A DNA stretch of 64,000 nt from Mizuhopecten yessoensis (Eukaryota), in the NCBI RefSeq assembly GCF_002113885.1, contig NW_018408028.1, positions 556,895 through 620,894 of the forward strand. The letters run 5' to 3'. The first letter of the stretch is position 1; every line of letters starts with the position of its first letter. Below are positions 47,585 through 62,649 of this stretch, in pieces. Both the position numbers and the translations under genes were made by a program. Below the pieces are notes generated by a model. The model saw only the letters and a program-made list of their open reading frames with translations. It made no database searches and was not told the DNA's origin.

Positions 47585-50500
47585 CATGACTTTTTGAACA
47601 GTCAACTACAGGAATGAAATATTTTTACTATATAATACTGTATATAAACTTCAACAAATATTATAGTTATAAACGAAAATGAAACTAACAACGCTTTATG
47701 AAATAGGTCTAAATTAGATTCTGTAATTATAATTAAGAAACAGGGATACCATTGTACTATAATCACACTTCCCACCTGCTGAGTGTTATCCTATGTTAAT
47801 GCTATGATGCAACCTGTGGCTTAAATCTCCCGGTGTCGCTCTGCTATCTGACAACCACCTACCATCCATTTAGCATTGTCAACTTAATTAAATATTTAAT
47901 TACATCCAAAAAATTGACAGAGAAATAAAAAGAAGTATCAAAATCAAAACTCAAATTGAAAGTTAGGAATTAAAACAATGATAAATAAACGCCAAAAAAA
48001 GAAGACGCAAACTTGATCATTCAAAATTGAATTTTAAATATACTTTCAAGCCTGCCGAGTTATCTGTGAAGTGTAGCAGCTGTTGTTCTGTGGTGGGGAT
48101 CAACAGATTAACAGGTCCCTATTATCATACACTGTACACGGTGAAATTGTCTCCCTTCTCCTGTGTGATCCGTATTTGTCCTGTAATAATCTCGCCTGTT
48201 TTGTTCAAGCCTCCACCGTCACCTTGGTAAAATGCTAGCTGCTTTAGTAACCCAACAAGAGAAATTCTCTTTAATTTAATCATTAGAATGTCAAACTTGT
48301 AGACCAGTGGTCCTGAGTTTGATTCCAAGTAGAGGCATTAAAATTAATACTGACCCCCATTACATTGGGCCCATGTTCTGTACCAATGTCACGTGACCCT
48401 ATACCTTACACTAAGAGTGTGTTTCTACGTATGGTGTGATGATTAAACCTTCTATATTTGTACATGACTTTTTCTCGCTGGTTCTTTTGCTCATCTTGGG
48501 AATCTTCAGGCAATTTTACAATTACACCTGAAAAATCACCTGAGGACCCCAAGGTGGGCAAAAGTAATAGTGAGATATAGTCATCCAAGTTTTGTTTTAA
48601 GTCTATTTCTACTATCACATTGACAGTTAATTTTTAACAACTTTTTGTACATGTATATCTATGTAAACCAAAGGTATTAGTTACATATTCATGTGACAAA
48701 ATATATATAAAAGAGTGTGTTGTAACCCACTCGAGTTTTCAAAGTAATTTTTATCGTTTACAGATGAAAATAATCACATGAAAACATTAGTTCACTAAAT
48801 CTGATTATGATTTACTTATTTTCAATATGTTTGGAGACGGTTCTAGATCAGAAATTCAATTTGAAGGATAAATTTATGTCCTGGCTTCACAAACTCAGTA
48901 ATCTATTTCAATCAATGATGTTTTACACTACAAAAGAGATGAAAACGGCAAATCTTATTAAATGAAAAATATTCAAAATATGAAAAAGTTAAATTTCTAA
49001 ATTGAGAAATGTTTTGAATTACTGTTGTAACACTCAAAAGAAAATGTTAAAATACAAGAATGATATAAAACGTAATAAAATCCTCAGAAACAGTCTTCCC
49101 GATATCAACCGATTTACGCTAACACCACTGATCACGGTATTAATTAATCCGTCGTTAACATCACAAGTGAAAACCGTCTGTTGGGCCTAATACTAAATAA
49201 CCCACATTGGTGATAAAATGTAACTTCTTCTCATGTCTCCGCTCCTAATCCCCACATTACAAGGGGCCATACAAGATTTATTTATTTCTTATGTCAAGTA
49301 TTCATCCCCCGTAGCCCAATCCTCTGATCTCCTTTTCAAGTTGGGGGGTGAGTTGAATTTTTCATTACCAGACAAATTCATTTAGCATTTTTCTGTATGC
49401 CGATCCTTGTGCCCCACCTGATAACTTTGTTTCCCATCCCCTCGCTGTTAGACAGAGACGAATAGCATGCTTTATAGCTGTAGGCCTGGATATTTGAAGA
49501 AAAAAACTAATGTCATAATAATATTAAATTTCTTAATCTTTCCTAGCAATTTCTTCCCCATTTAATCCTATTGAGACAAAAAAATAATCAATTGATGATG
49601 TTTCAAAATTATATTTTATTTTATTTTTCATTTTGATTAGGGTAATAATCGATGGAAAAGTATTTATAGACTATAGGGTAGGCATTGATGGAGCGGACGT
49701 ATGCAGACTTTGTTAATGATGTGGTGAAATAATTTTAAGGAATGTCTTTTCCAGTATATTTTTACTGTTAGAAACATTTCAGACTAAGAAAGTGACAACA
49801 AAACATTTTCATTAATGACCCAAAAAACATCCTTTTCATCTAGATTTGAATCGTAACACTGATTTTCATATTTCATTTACTCCTGTAGCTCGGTAGTCCA
49901 GATTGAATAACTGTATTTAATTCTGTATGCTATTCTACAGACATCTTCAATCTTATGTCTTGATAGCTTGAATCGTTGAATATTACTTTAAATAAAGAAA
50001 CTCTCTTAAAAGTTTAACATTTCAGATATAAAATAATAAACTCGTCAAAAAACAAAATATCTTTATTTAGAATAGAATTATTTGAAAATTCAAATTTACA
50101 TTTGAATAAAACGACTTGTTCTGTCGCTTTAACAAAACAAGTTGTATCAAGATACTGCTCCTTTTCATGTCTACGATATAGGTTACCGCCACGCCGTAAT
50201 CAAAATGCATCTTCCAAACTTACCCTAATCATGGCTAATTTGGTGATTTACTCAACTTGTAGTTACGTCAGCTTTTGATAAAACCTCACCACATGCAAAA
50301 ACAAATCTAAAGAAAAAGGGTCAAAGCAAACCTGATCTAACAAATTTGGTCTAATGGTTGCTAATTCCTCAATCATCCTCGTCATCTTTGCAAGAGGAAT
50401 TTGATAAAAGTCTCCAACACAGGAAAGTATACAAAAATCACAGGGAAAAAGGGTCAGGTACAAAAACCTAATCCAAAATGTCTTGAAGTTCACCAAACTG

Positions 50501-51132
50501 CTCTTAAATCTATCTGTGCTACTGATAAGAGGGCCGTAGTTTATAAATCCAGATTTTTACACACATAAAACTCCTACACAGATCAGCCTCCTTACAGGTT
50601 AACACTGGCAATCAAAAAAACGTGTAGACCTTTCGCAACTAATCTTTGCAACTGAAGTGTCAAAAAAGCATAATTTTCTGCCATATTACTGTGAAGTCTT
50701 GAAATTATGTTAGACTATTAAATATTTGAGCCTATTTATCACGTTTTCTCTCTACAGGCAAACCCTTAGGATAAAGCCAGGGAATGTTATGTAGTGGGCA
50801 CAAGTACCTTAGTGGGAGGGTGTAGTGCAGACATCTCCCCCCCCCCCCCCCCCCTGTCCCCTTACAGATACGTATACATAAACAACGTCACCCTCCAGAC
50901 CGTAGATATCTAAATAAGTAAATCGACAGCTTAACAAGACCATAAATATACCAATAAATCCATAGTAAATGGTTATTTACTGAACCATATATATTTTAAT
51001 AAATTTCTAGTAAATGGGTGACTTCACTGGACCATAAATATCCTAATAACTCTCTGGTAAATTGAGGACTTTGCTTGACAATAGATATCCTAATAAATCT
51101 AAAGTAAATTGTGTTTTGTAATAAGTGACCTA

Positions 51133-51327
51133 ACTTTGTTTAAGTTATGGAGATTCCTCATTCTGGTGTAAGGATCTACTTACTTTGTATAAGTTATGGA
51201 GATTCCTCATTCTGGTGTAAGGATCTACTTACTTTGTATAAGTTATGGAGATTCCTCATTCTGGTGTAAGGATCTACTTACTTTGTATAAGTTATGGAGA
51301 TTCCTCATTCTGGTGTAAGGATCTACT
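51133..51327. repeat. 49-bp minisatellite, 4 copies
   Basis: Unit actttgtataagttatggagattcctcattctggtgtaaggatctactt. Confidence 0.92.
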
Positions 51328-53274
51328 GAGGCCTGGAAAGCAGCTATTTTAGCTTTAATATAGGGACAAAACTTTAAATAAGCTTGGCACTTGATTTTTG
51401 TTTGAAATTTGAAATTGTTTTAAATGTTATAAACTTTAATTTGGTGTCCAGTTTCATCTGATATTAAATTAAACTTAAAAAACACCCCATCGCAATTCAC
51501 ATTGAAGGACGCCGAGTCAAATAATTCAAGGAGTATTTTTAGAGACAGGCTTATTTCACACACTAATCCTGCTCCTCATTTTTAAATTCTCCATGTTTAA
51601 ATCAAGGGGATTATTTTCTAATTGAAATTTTCAGCAAAAATAGCATGATCCTCGAACATTGAACCACTAATCATTTTTCATTGTAAAGATGGAGGGATTT
51701 ATTTAAATTAATATTGTAACAGATTTTCTAAAGCTCACACTGAGATTGTCTCCATGTCTTTATTGTAGACTTTCAGGTGAAGGAACCTAGAGAACGTTAT
51801 TTCATGTCAACACTTCACTTGAAAAATAAATCAATTGTGCAGTTTCTGTGTAAACCATTCATTTCACGTACCCCTCGTCATTACCAATGTAAATCCCTAC
51901 CTGATGACAGGCAGCACAAAGAAAATCCGCTGTTTTTTTATTCTATCAAAATCTGGAGTAAAGCAGCAGCCATAATCGGATCAACGAGAATTGCGATTAA
52001 TACTAAACATCTGCCTTATCTCTGATGACGACAGCCAGGAATCTAGATCGCACAAGCTCTTGTCATCGGCTATTTCTCAATCCTGATCCGACCAAAGCTG
52101 AGTGGGGGATTAAATTTAAGCGAGCTGTGAAGCTGACACAATGATCCTCTTTCCTTAATCTAGCCATCTGTCTCGCTCAGATACTAATTTTCCACACAAA
52201 GCAGATTATATAGGATCAGGGAAGTCTTTTATTCGTGGAGGTAATCCTGATGCACTGGTTGTCAATAGCCAGCACACAGGGTAGAGTGTGACATGTATCA
52301 CGGTGCTGTCATCGTGGACGCTCAGGATCTTCTAAATTCTATTCACTGCGACACCCCCTTAGCAATTCACTGACTTTAATTTGAATCTCAGCTTGGTGGC
52401 AGTATTATAAAATTTCTTATTGAAATTTCCACAAATTTTAGAATTGAGTTCCCATCTTTTTTTAGCCTACAAATTGATATATCTGAATACATCCCCAATT
52501 ATTCAACACACACAAACATTACAAACCTAGTTCTAAACACACACCAATCAAACTGATCTAATTATAAACCACAAATTAGTCTCTCAGGCATTATTGTCAC
52601 AGTATAATCCCATAATGATAGAAGATCAAATTCTCCCTATCTTGTGGTCAGCAAAATACATGAATCAGCCAATTAAAAAGGGTTTTACAAATGAGTCCAT
52701 TGACCCTCGACAAGATGAGGAAACACTTTCAAAGAAAGATATCTGAAATGTAGCACCATCTTGATATTAAACATTTTTGATACCATTTAATATTTGAATA
52801 CAGGTAAAACATCATCACAAAATCTTAAGGTGTTTACCACAAAATCATGTTTTTTTAAAGAAAACCAATTGATATAAAAAAAAATGTATCTCACAATTTT
52901 TTTTTCTAAAATAGATGTATGTGAAGTGATATATTATCTTCAAATCAATTCTTTTGAAGCAAAATGAGAACAAATTGGATTACCTCCCCTTGCCAAGACA
53001 AATAATGCACCTGAAGTTCGGGATATTAATGCCAGTCTTGCCCTGCCGAATGTTTATGATTAGAACACTGTTGTTGGTTAATGTTTATGTCATCTTTATT
53101 ATATCTCATTTAAGTCCCGTAAGGTATAGTTTTCTTATCAGAAATGATTTATCAAAGCTACAATTATGCTGGAAAAACAGTTTCCAAATTTACTTAGATA
53201 CATTTTTGCAGTGGTATGGGGATCCTTAAGGTAAAATATAGAAAAGTTAAAAGTTCAACATGTTGCCACCTCAC

Positions 53275-53364
53275 TTAACCCTTCTACTCCTACGTAACTT
53301 TAGTGGACTTTACCATGCATTGATATGAAAGAGTCCATTATGGTCTACAGTGGTGAAGGGTTAG
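53275..53364. mobile_element. TTAA MITE family 2
   Basis: ttaacccttctactcc...gagtccattatggtctacagtggtgaagggtta. Confidence 0.7.
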
Positions 53365-53527
53365 TGCCACCAATTTTACCTCAGCAATTCCTCATTTCCC
53401 TACAATGCCGCCATTTTACTGGACAAATGCTGGCAGTGTATACGTAACAAGGTTATATACTTTAAATCATAAAATGTCAGGAGATTCTAATAAACATAAA
53501 TGATGCATTCTTTCATAATTCAGTGTG

Positions 53528-53617
53528 TTAACGCATTCACCCTGAAATTTCATAAGGAACTCTTCCAACTTTTGAATTGGAAGATTTCAAATGTATCTTC
53601 AGGGGTGAATGAGTTAA
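53528..53617. mobile_element. TTAA MITE family 1
   Basis: ttaacgcattcaccctg...aggggtgaatgagttaa; interior close to the 34585 copy. Confidence 0.8.
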
Positions 53618-53896
53618 TCATCAAATACTTTTTGGGGCTGAAATGGCATTTAACATTTCTAGCTGTAAGTTCAGTCTACTGTCTCCACTATATTTTATTC
53701 AATTCAAAACTTTTAAAGCTGTCATACATAACACAATTTGCATAATTCTTATTAAGTAACAATTCATACAGAAAATATTATAAAACAGTTAACAAAGATA
53801 AGCATTTATTGAGACATTTAAACAGACTTAATGAATTTTATTTTGAAAAGTTTGTGTAAAACAAAGAAACGGTTAAAATATAATGTATCTGCCTGA

Positions 53897-54011
53897 TTGT
53901 AGAGAACTTGGAGCGTATTGTAGAGAACTTGGAGCGTTTTGTAGAGGACTTGGAGCGTATTGTAGAGAACTTGGAGCGTTTTGTGAGAACTTGGAGCATT
54001 TTGTGAGAACT
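53897..54011. repeat. 21-bp minisatellite (ttgtagagaacttggagcgt(a/t)), about 5.5 copies
   Basis: Direct tandem units. Confidence 0.88.
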
Positions 54012-57000
54012 ACTGATAGTTACGACTTCATTTACTAACAACAATCCTGATTATTATTCAAATCTAACTTCCAAGCACACAAGGTGTTATCAACATGATG
54101 GCCACCTGCTGAGTCGAGGCGTAACCGGTATCCACGGTAACCAATTACACTGAAACCAAGTAATGTACGACAACAGTCTAATAGTCGGCCAAACCATACG
54201 ACATGGACAGTGAGAACGACTTGTTCATAATTCTTACATAATGTACAAAATTATCTCTCCTGTGGCAAGAAATGAAAGTAATTTGCTTAATATCATGAAT
54301 AGAATGAAAAAGAAAATCTTTTTAGACATACTATAAATGAAGACACAAATTATTTTACAAAATGTGCTTTAAATTCAATGTTTAGCCTTAAATTAATCTC
54401 TGTTTTAAATCTTAATTATACAAAAAATGTGCTTTCAATAATTTGACTTAAATAAATATCTCTTTTAATCTGAATTGCTATGGCATAATCATAAAATCAA
54501 TTAGAATCATCCAAGGGGGATAATAAGATTAAAACAGGGCTAGTTACAAACTAATCAGTGTCTTAATATTCATGTCTTTAATGTATACATATTTTGGCCT
54601 TTAATTATGAATATGCCTGTTTTTTAATTAATTGAAATAGTCCATATCACCCAGAACAGATGTTACACATAAACCAAGAATCCTCATCTAAGGATTTAAC
54701 CAAAGCTAGCATCTAAACTGATCACATCTTTATCCTAATATATGGCACGGGAGAACAAAATCGGTAGAATCTTAAAGTTACAGAAATTAATTAAGATTTG
54801 AAAAACAACCTTGAGAATCTATCTTACAGCCATCTGCATCAACGTATTAAGTGTAAGGCCTTTCATCCTCAGTCACTAATTCCTACTGCCCTGTATATCT
54901 ATAAAGAAAGGAAGGGGAGGGAGAACTCAGAGCTATCTCAAATCTCAAGGTCAAGGAGGTCAGCACCTCTTACAACTTCTCTTATCACCCATCAAGGTTG
55001 AGTTGCATCAAGGTTTTTTTCAGAGTTTGACAAAATGTAACTATATTTATGAGCTCTTTATACTCTGGTTTATTTGTCTGTAATTGTGTTGTCTTACATC
55101 ACGTTAGATAGGTGCTCATCAGATCAGATCATCCGTTTTCTAAGCTTTTCTCTGACCCTGTTGAGATCAGATCTACAAGACACTTGTAAGCTAATTCCAC
55201 TCTGTATAGGTCAAGACCAGATTGTTTGACATAATTAACTTCACAAATTTGTTTGTTAAGAAGTGTTTAAAAGAAGTGATTTATGTGTCTGGCGGTTTAA
55301 AGTCAACTGAAGCCCCAGTTTTTATGTTAATGATAAAAAGATTGTATATATAATCATAACAAACTCACAGATTGAACACAAGACAAGTTTATATCTTCTT
55401 ACTTATTACAATGGCATGACATTTTGTTTTATGATACAGGCTGTCAGCGGAAAACAATAGATCGACCATTTCTTGCAGGTCATACATTTTAGTCTTAACA
55501 AAACAGGTGATACAGTTAATTGCTATCTAAAATACACTGTAGGACTGTGTATCAAATTGAAATGATTAGGCCTACAGACATTTTCTAACATAAATTCTGA
55601 TAAGAAAATGAGCATAAAAATATTCACTGTTACCTTGACAGGTCATGTGATAAAATTATACCGATTTCAATGAAAATATTACTTCAGAAGGAAGACGTGT
55701 GTTTTTAATCATTTAAGCAATAGTTTCTCTATTGCATTAGAAGTTGATTTCTCCGTGTCCCTCAAGACATACCGCCCTGACAGCATGGTGCCAGAAATCG
55801 ATCCAAATTTAACGTTATTGTCGTAAACAACTAACGATGGCTGCTTTATTTACAATTTAAGTTTAATACAATATTTAATTATTGTTAAAAAGGGAATATT
55901 TTGTGTCTTTAATTGTTATTGTTTCTTTGCAAGTTGATTTCACCACACGACTCGCAAGGCATGTGATTTTCACGTGATCGTAATTGACAGCGCGGAAAAA
56001 TATTTTTCACGCTTATGTGACAAAATATAACCAAACTTCTTGATGCAAAATAGGTAAATCATGACTATTTATAACACTTATTTCATCCTATTGACCGTAA
56101 CATTACGATATCTTAGCTAGGTTGTACTATAAAGATAGTTCTTAGGAATATGCTCGAAGTTATTTGAAAGTAAAAGTAGAATTTACATACTGATCATTAC
56201 AACGGCAAAACGAAATCTTCTCGAATTTTGACAACACGCTGATATAAATCACAATTTACAAATTATTTCAATTATTACTGTATCGTTTTGTATAAAACAG
56301 CATAAAAACGATCGAAAACAGCTTGATCGGTTATTATGGAAATAGAATATCATAATAAGCGGGTTCCTCTGTACAAGTTTTATAGATTTCACAGCCTTTG
56401 TTTTCTCTAGCTAATTAATAAATCTGTTCACAGCCTTTGTTTTCTGTTAAGCAATTGAAAAACACAGGAAAAATGTACACAAGTTTTATATAAAACGTTT
56501 GTATAATGTTACTTCAAACCTAATAGATTGATCTCAGTCTCCATTTTGAAATAAAATACTTACCCATCACAGCCAATAAAACCTTTCAAACGATTACAGA
56601 TCCTAAGTTCAGACACCAAAGCCACAACTACATAAAGCCAGTAGGGCTACAAAGAGTTGAAGAGTTTTATAACGTTCCGTTACTTAAATCCACAAATAAC
56701 CTGCTCCTGATGTAACCAGCTGATAAAAAACAAATTAGTACGAATCAGGAGATAGAATTTTTAACCTATCCAATCTTTTTTCTTACATCATACAACACAG
56801 TCTAAATAGATCTTTAATGAGTGATAAATTTAACGAAAATATATCAAATTTAAAATCCTAATAATATTTTTGAACTCCAAAGATTCAACTTAGTAATAGA
56901 GCAATATAGGACGATTACACTCTGCAGCGGTGTGGGTAAAATTGTGAAGAGATTTCACGCAGGTAGGGTATACAGGAGATAAGACCAGTATTTATTTCTA

Positions 57001-60000
57001 CTGCAAACTGAATTAAGAGTGCTAATTTTTCTGAAATCTTTTCCTATGGTGTAATAGCATGCAGAGACGAACACCGTGATGTCGTGTTACCAGGCTGCTG
57101 GGACGGTGAGAAAAACGGAGCGAGAAAACTCTCTACATAAAAAACATGGTGCAACAGTAGGGATTAAGTGTGGTGTAGGGAGAAATTTTCACCACTATAT
57201 AATCTCGTAAAACTTTTCACAGTATGTGTCACTTCTGGTTTGCAAAACATTAAATCTAGAAAAGACTAGATTGTTTCCTTGTGTCTTAGGTAGAATTTTA
57301 TGACGTAAATCTTTATGATGGGTAGAAACATACTAAATTTAGAATGCAACAATATATTTTTTTGTGTATTGTAGAAAAAATAAATAAAATAAAAAAAATA
57401 AAGTGTGCACTTATCTAGAATATATGTCAGAAAAATACATATACATTTTTGATCCAATTAATCAACGACAAAATAGTCTGTAGAATACACATTTTTATGC
57501 AAATAGATTTTGTATTCCATTTTTTTCCGGGAAACCTTTTTACCCTAAATAAGTGCTATACGTCAATGTATGAAACTGATTTACATATTTAATAATAAGT
57601 ATTTTAATTGTTTCGATATTTTCATTTGTAACATGTGACTTCTACGAGGCAATCCACAACTCTGCCTCCTGAAATATGTGTTCTCCTCTCAGTAATCCCC
57701 TATACCTCACTAGATGATTTCTCTATCCCCCATCAAAGGACCTCAACAATTTTCTTAGTGGAAACATAACACCACATCAGAGAAAAACACTGGTTTCGTT
57801 ACATCACAAAACTCATTACCTTTAATTCTAAAGCTTTTTATTACATCACGTTAAACGCTTTCTCATCTTGGCTAATTACATAAGAGAAAATACCAGTCTA
57901 ATTAACTTGTTAATGAAAAAATATATAAAAAATTGTATATCGGTTTTTTCTTCTTCATTTCGACCGTCAGAACGCCCATGTACCTCTCCTTTGGAACTGA
58001 AGTGGGATTGCATCAGACACTTAATTACAATTACATTGATAAGGGTCAGTTATATACATCTGAAGCGTGTCTTTGTACACGGCACTGTTGTCAGGACAAC
58101 CTAACTATATTGTCTAACAAGTTGTAGGATTCCAAAAAAATAATTTATTCATATCCGATTCCTCTATGATCTATCATCCAAATAAGAATTACGTTGACCA
58201 AAATACACATCATACCAATTATCCCGAGTAATTCCGCGGGATAATTTCTGACTCCATGACAGGAACATTTTGTCTTTCAAAGAGAATCAGATGATGATTT
58301 CCTACATCTATCATTGCACAGGAATCAAAGAGCTTTCTATCCTACCCGACTGGCATTGTAGTGGGGGACTCTTTATCCCTCCCTCACATTCATTTGCATA
58401 TCATGAAAAGACACAGAACGGATGCTGCAAAGTACAATAACCTAGGATTGACTTTGATAGTGGGACACAAACTGGCAGGTTCTCTTGTCTGATTAGCGTT
58501 AGATAATTTGTCTTTCATGCATTGCCGATACAGTGATATTCATTATTATCAACAAATAACAATTGTTTTGAGGAATAAGCATTTCTGGTAGATTGGATTG
58601 TGTGTCCTACATCCAACGTATCTATGGCCATACCCCACATTACGATCTCGTCTCTTTGACTGTTCCCCCTATTCCTGCTAGCTGTGTAGCTCAACCACTC
58701 ACCAACCTTTCTCGTAGTGGGATCGTTTTTAGGTAAGTACAGATCCCCGTAGTATACATCGTCCTAAAGTAGAATAACAGCTCCATCAACACCTCGGATT
58801 TGAACGGTATGTGTTTCATTATAACTGTAGAATTACAACTTAACGAGTTTGTCTAACACGTCAAGAAATTATCATTTTGACGCTGAAAGTATAATACTGA
58901 AACGTTCATTCAGGAGATAAATAATAATCGTATTAAGTCCTCAATGTCTGAAAATTAAACCCAGGTAACGATCTCCTGAAAAACCGGTTATGTCAGCAGA
59001 TAGGAACCTTGACCATATTATTTTTTTAGCATGATCAAGATGACCTTGATCTTCGTAATTGAAGGTCATACGAGTATGTTAGGAATCAACTGCTATATTT
59101 CATTTAGCTTTAGCCAAGGTGAAACGACTTAAAACAGACCTCTAAGTAGGACACGAATCTGATGCCACAATACTTGTCAGCATCATCATCATTACGTGAG
59201 GACCAAATTAGCATTATGGTGACAACATCCTGATACGGCCTCATTAGCCAATCACGCTTCAAAAGAATCTCACTGGTTAGCTTCAATTAAGTTACAAAAC
59301 AAAGCAAAATAATTTTTCAAGCTAATTACTATTTTCATTAATAAAATATTTTTCCTATTTCAGAGCCTATGGGTATTTTGTAAAATAAAATTTACCAAAC
59401 TTTTGTGATGAGAACTGTTGCTTTTGATATAGTATAAAACTAACCATGGAAGAACTGATGCAAATATTAAGGGTTCAGACACCTTAGAATCCCCTTCAGT
59501 CTGATAGAATACGTCTGGGGTCAGACGGAAAAATGGATTTTGAGAAATAAACATAAGGAGCTTTTTATTACGGATGAGGTGGAGAAAGTATGTTGTTGTA
59601 GAGGTAATACCGACTGGTATTTCTGTAAGCAGCTTCCACAAATTCAGTTTCAAATTAAATATGTACACGTCTCGAGTACGGCAGATTAGGAAGGTATGGA
59701 CGGCGCTAATCTGGTCGTGATCCATCACAGTAACGGACATGTGACAATGGCTAGGAGGTAAAGGAGGGTTGAACAGCGAGCCTTTCCCACCGCCGACACC
59801 ACAATATCACATGCTCCGCACTTCCCTCACTGTGACACAGATTAAACTTACACTTGAGCACGTCTCAAGCACTTTTTCTACTACCTCCATATTGTGAATC
59901 ATCGTCAAGAAATGAATGTAAATGCATTTCAGTGCTTCTTAAGACATATCATGTTAAACCTATTTAACCATCGTAAATTAATACCTAGAAACAAAAGATT

Positions 60001-61956
60001 TTCATTCCTTCTTTCACACACCAATATCAAAAGTCAGATTAGAGTTACAATATTTCAACACAATTTCACCTCAGATATTTACATAATTGTTTAAATAAAA
60101 ATAAATTCCACTGACATCAATAATTATAAATCAATCAGCAACAGAAATTGTAAGTAAATATATAACGACATAATGGTTAAAGAATATTTCAGGGTACAAA
60201 TTCTAAGAAACTAAAATCCTTGATTAATTATTCTTTCAAATAGTACTTGATGGCATTTATAGATTTAAAAAGCAGAGATTGATTTAATTCACAAATTTTT
60301 ATAATATTTTTACATTTGAATATGCACTTTATATATATTTTTCCTTTGATAAGAAAATTTCAAGGTTTCAGATTTGATAAATTTTTTTCATCCAAACCAA
60401 ATAGAAATGTTTAAACTGACAAGAATGAGTACAAATTACGCATTTAGACCAAAGATGTTTAGGAGCTTGTTGACTTTTTTTCCTGAATGGATATACGAAT
60501 TACTGGGTGATGCCCTAATGACAGACTAAACATAACTGGATGATTAAGTCATTGGCCGTATGGCCGACATGACATATCCACGACGTCGTCCTTAGACACA
60601 CGGCTTTATATATGAAAGATTAGCCGAGACCACTTATGATATTGACCCCATGCGTATAGCAAAATAAATCCCTCTATCTGTCAGCTATTGAAATTGTGGT
60701 ATGATGAGAAAACATTCGTTTCAGTCGAAATCCAATTATAAGAGATTAGTGCCCTCCAAACTGGGCGGCCATTGTTGAGGGAGGACGATCCGTTCGCGGC
60801 CTAATTTGAATGTTAAACATCGGATTACAGGAAAGTGCTGAGAGAAGTCCGAACCACTCGCCTAGGCTAATCTCCCGAAAGCTCACAAAGATCAAAATAG
60901 GATTTCTATCTCTTCAACAATGCACGCATTCATTTTGCCCGACTTATCTTAAATTGGGTTTTACCAGGGAGTGATAGAAAGAGATTAATCTGAACGCAAT
61001 TTCTAAAATGGGCGAGTCTTTCAGTAGGTTTAAGGTTTTATAGTGCTGGACATTTTGATGGTATTAGGGTAAATGGGGGTTTTGAGTTGGAGGGGATTAG
61101 TTAGAGCCCTGTTTGGACAGATAAGTAAACATTGATTGGACAGCCAGCCAGTAATCCACAATTTAATCCTTACTCTTGAACGCCAAGCACACACAAATCC
61201 TGAAAATATCATGGACTTGAGGAACTTTAATCTTACTGAAACAAACTTATGCCACATCGTATCTGAGAGTGTCACCAATCCTGAGGTTATTGTCAAACAT
61301 TTTATGACGGTGAAATTAAACACTGGGACGCTAAAAAATAGTCGAAAGACCATTCAGTTTTGTTTGTTAAAATGTTTTTGTAGATTTTAAGGCTTATTAG
61401 ATAAGCAGTCCCTTCAATATGTTAACAATTTGTACAACAACTTACAGTAGATACCACAACGCCATCGTATAGTGGTCAATCCTCCAAGGCATGCTGTATA
61501 AAAGATATACTTATGGTTCTGTGTCATTTTTTTCTTTATTTATTTCTAAATAATTATGATAATTTGTATGTTGTTAAGGACGCTATATTCGACATCGCAA
61601 CGTCTTTGAAGACAATCATAGTAAGTTTTATAACACATTCATATCTAACCTAGATCTCAATAAATTCTTCCTGTATCCTCTTCTAATCCTTAATCAGTTT
61701 GAATCAGTCCTGGCTGTGTTGTATTTTGAGTGCCCTTGTCCTGACATTTTATGATATGATGCTTGTCCCTCTAGACTTTTTCTGAACCCAGCAGTCCTGT
61801 TCTCCTGTTTTGGTCCCCTAGCATCAATTATCCCAGTCCCTAGTTTCCTATTAAGTCTCTTTGCCTATTCCAAGTACATGTCTCACTACAAATCCAAAAC
61901 TTGTGGCCCTCTCCTTTTTTTTCTTCAAATCCCTAATCCATGGCCTGTCCAAAATT

Positions 61957-62080
61957 GCTCCAACAGTCCTCAAACCCTCAGTAAATCCCCCGTACCAGCT
62001 CCAACAGTCCTCAAACCCTCAGTAAACCCCCCGTACCAGCTCCAACAGTCCTCAAACCCTCAGTAAATCCCCCGTACCAG
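61957..62080. repeat. ~41-bp tandem repeat, 3 copies
   Basis: gctccaacagtcctcaaaccctcagtaaatcccccgtacca repeated. Confidence 0.88.
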
Positions 62081-62273
62081 TTCTTTGCTCTCCTAAACAT
62101 CTTTTCAATGTCTATATCATTCTAAACGTTTCCCCTCCCATTACCCTCTCTACCCTTTTGTCCTGTCCTTAACCCTGGTCTGCTATTCTGCTTTAAAAGC
62201 TTAATTGTTGGCTAGCCTACTACTGACTTCTATCCAATCCCAACAGCATATTCCCTTTTCCCCTCAAACATGG

Positions 62274-62649
62274 CTCCTTAGCCTCCCCCTCCCCCGAACC
62301 CAGCCCAACTCCTTAGCCTCCCCCTGCCCCGAACCAAGCCCCACTCCTTAGCCTCCCCCAAACCCAGCCCCACTCCTTAGCCTCCTCCCCCGAACCCAGC
62401 CCCACTCCTTAGCCTCTCCGAACCCAGCCCCACACCTTAGCTTCCCCCTCCCCCGAACCCAGCCACATTCCTTAGCCTCCCCCTCCCCCGAACCCAGCCC
62501 CACTCCTTAGCCTCCAAAACCCAGCCCCACTCCTTAGCCTCCCCGAACCCAGCCCCACTCCTTAGCCTCCCCGAACCCAGCCCCACTCACTAGCCTCCCG
62601 AACCCAGCCCCACTCCTTAGCCTCCCCGAACCCAGCCCCACTCCTTAGC
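62274..62649. repeat. C-rich ~30-bp minisatellite (ccgaacccagccccactccttagcctccc), G-rich on the - strand
   Basis: About 12 variable units. Confidence 0.9.

Noticed and set aside
59360-59740. 126-aa ORF on - as the start exon of the dve/SATB gene
   Set aside because: No recognisable similarity and no convincing phase-1 donor; cannot be supported without transcripts.
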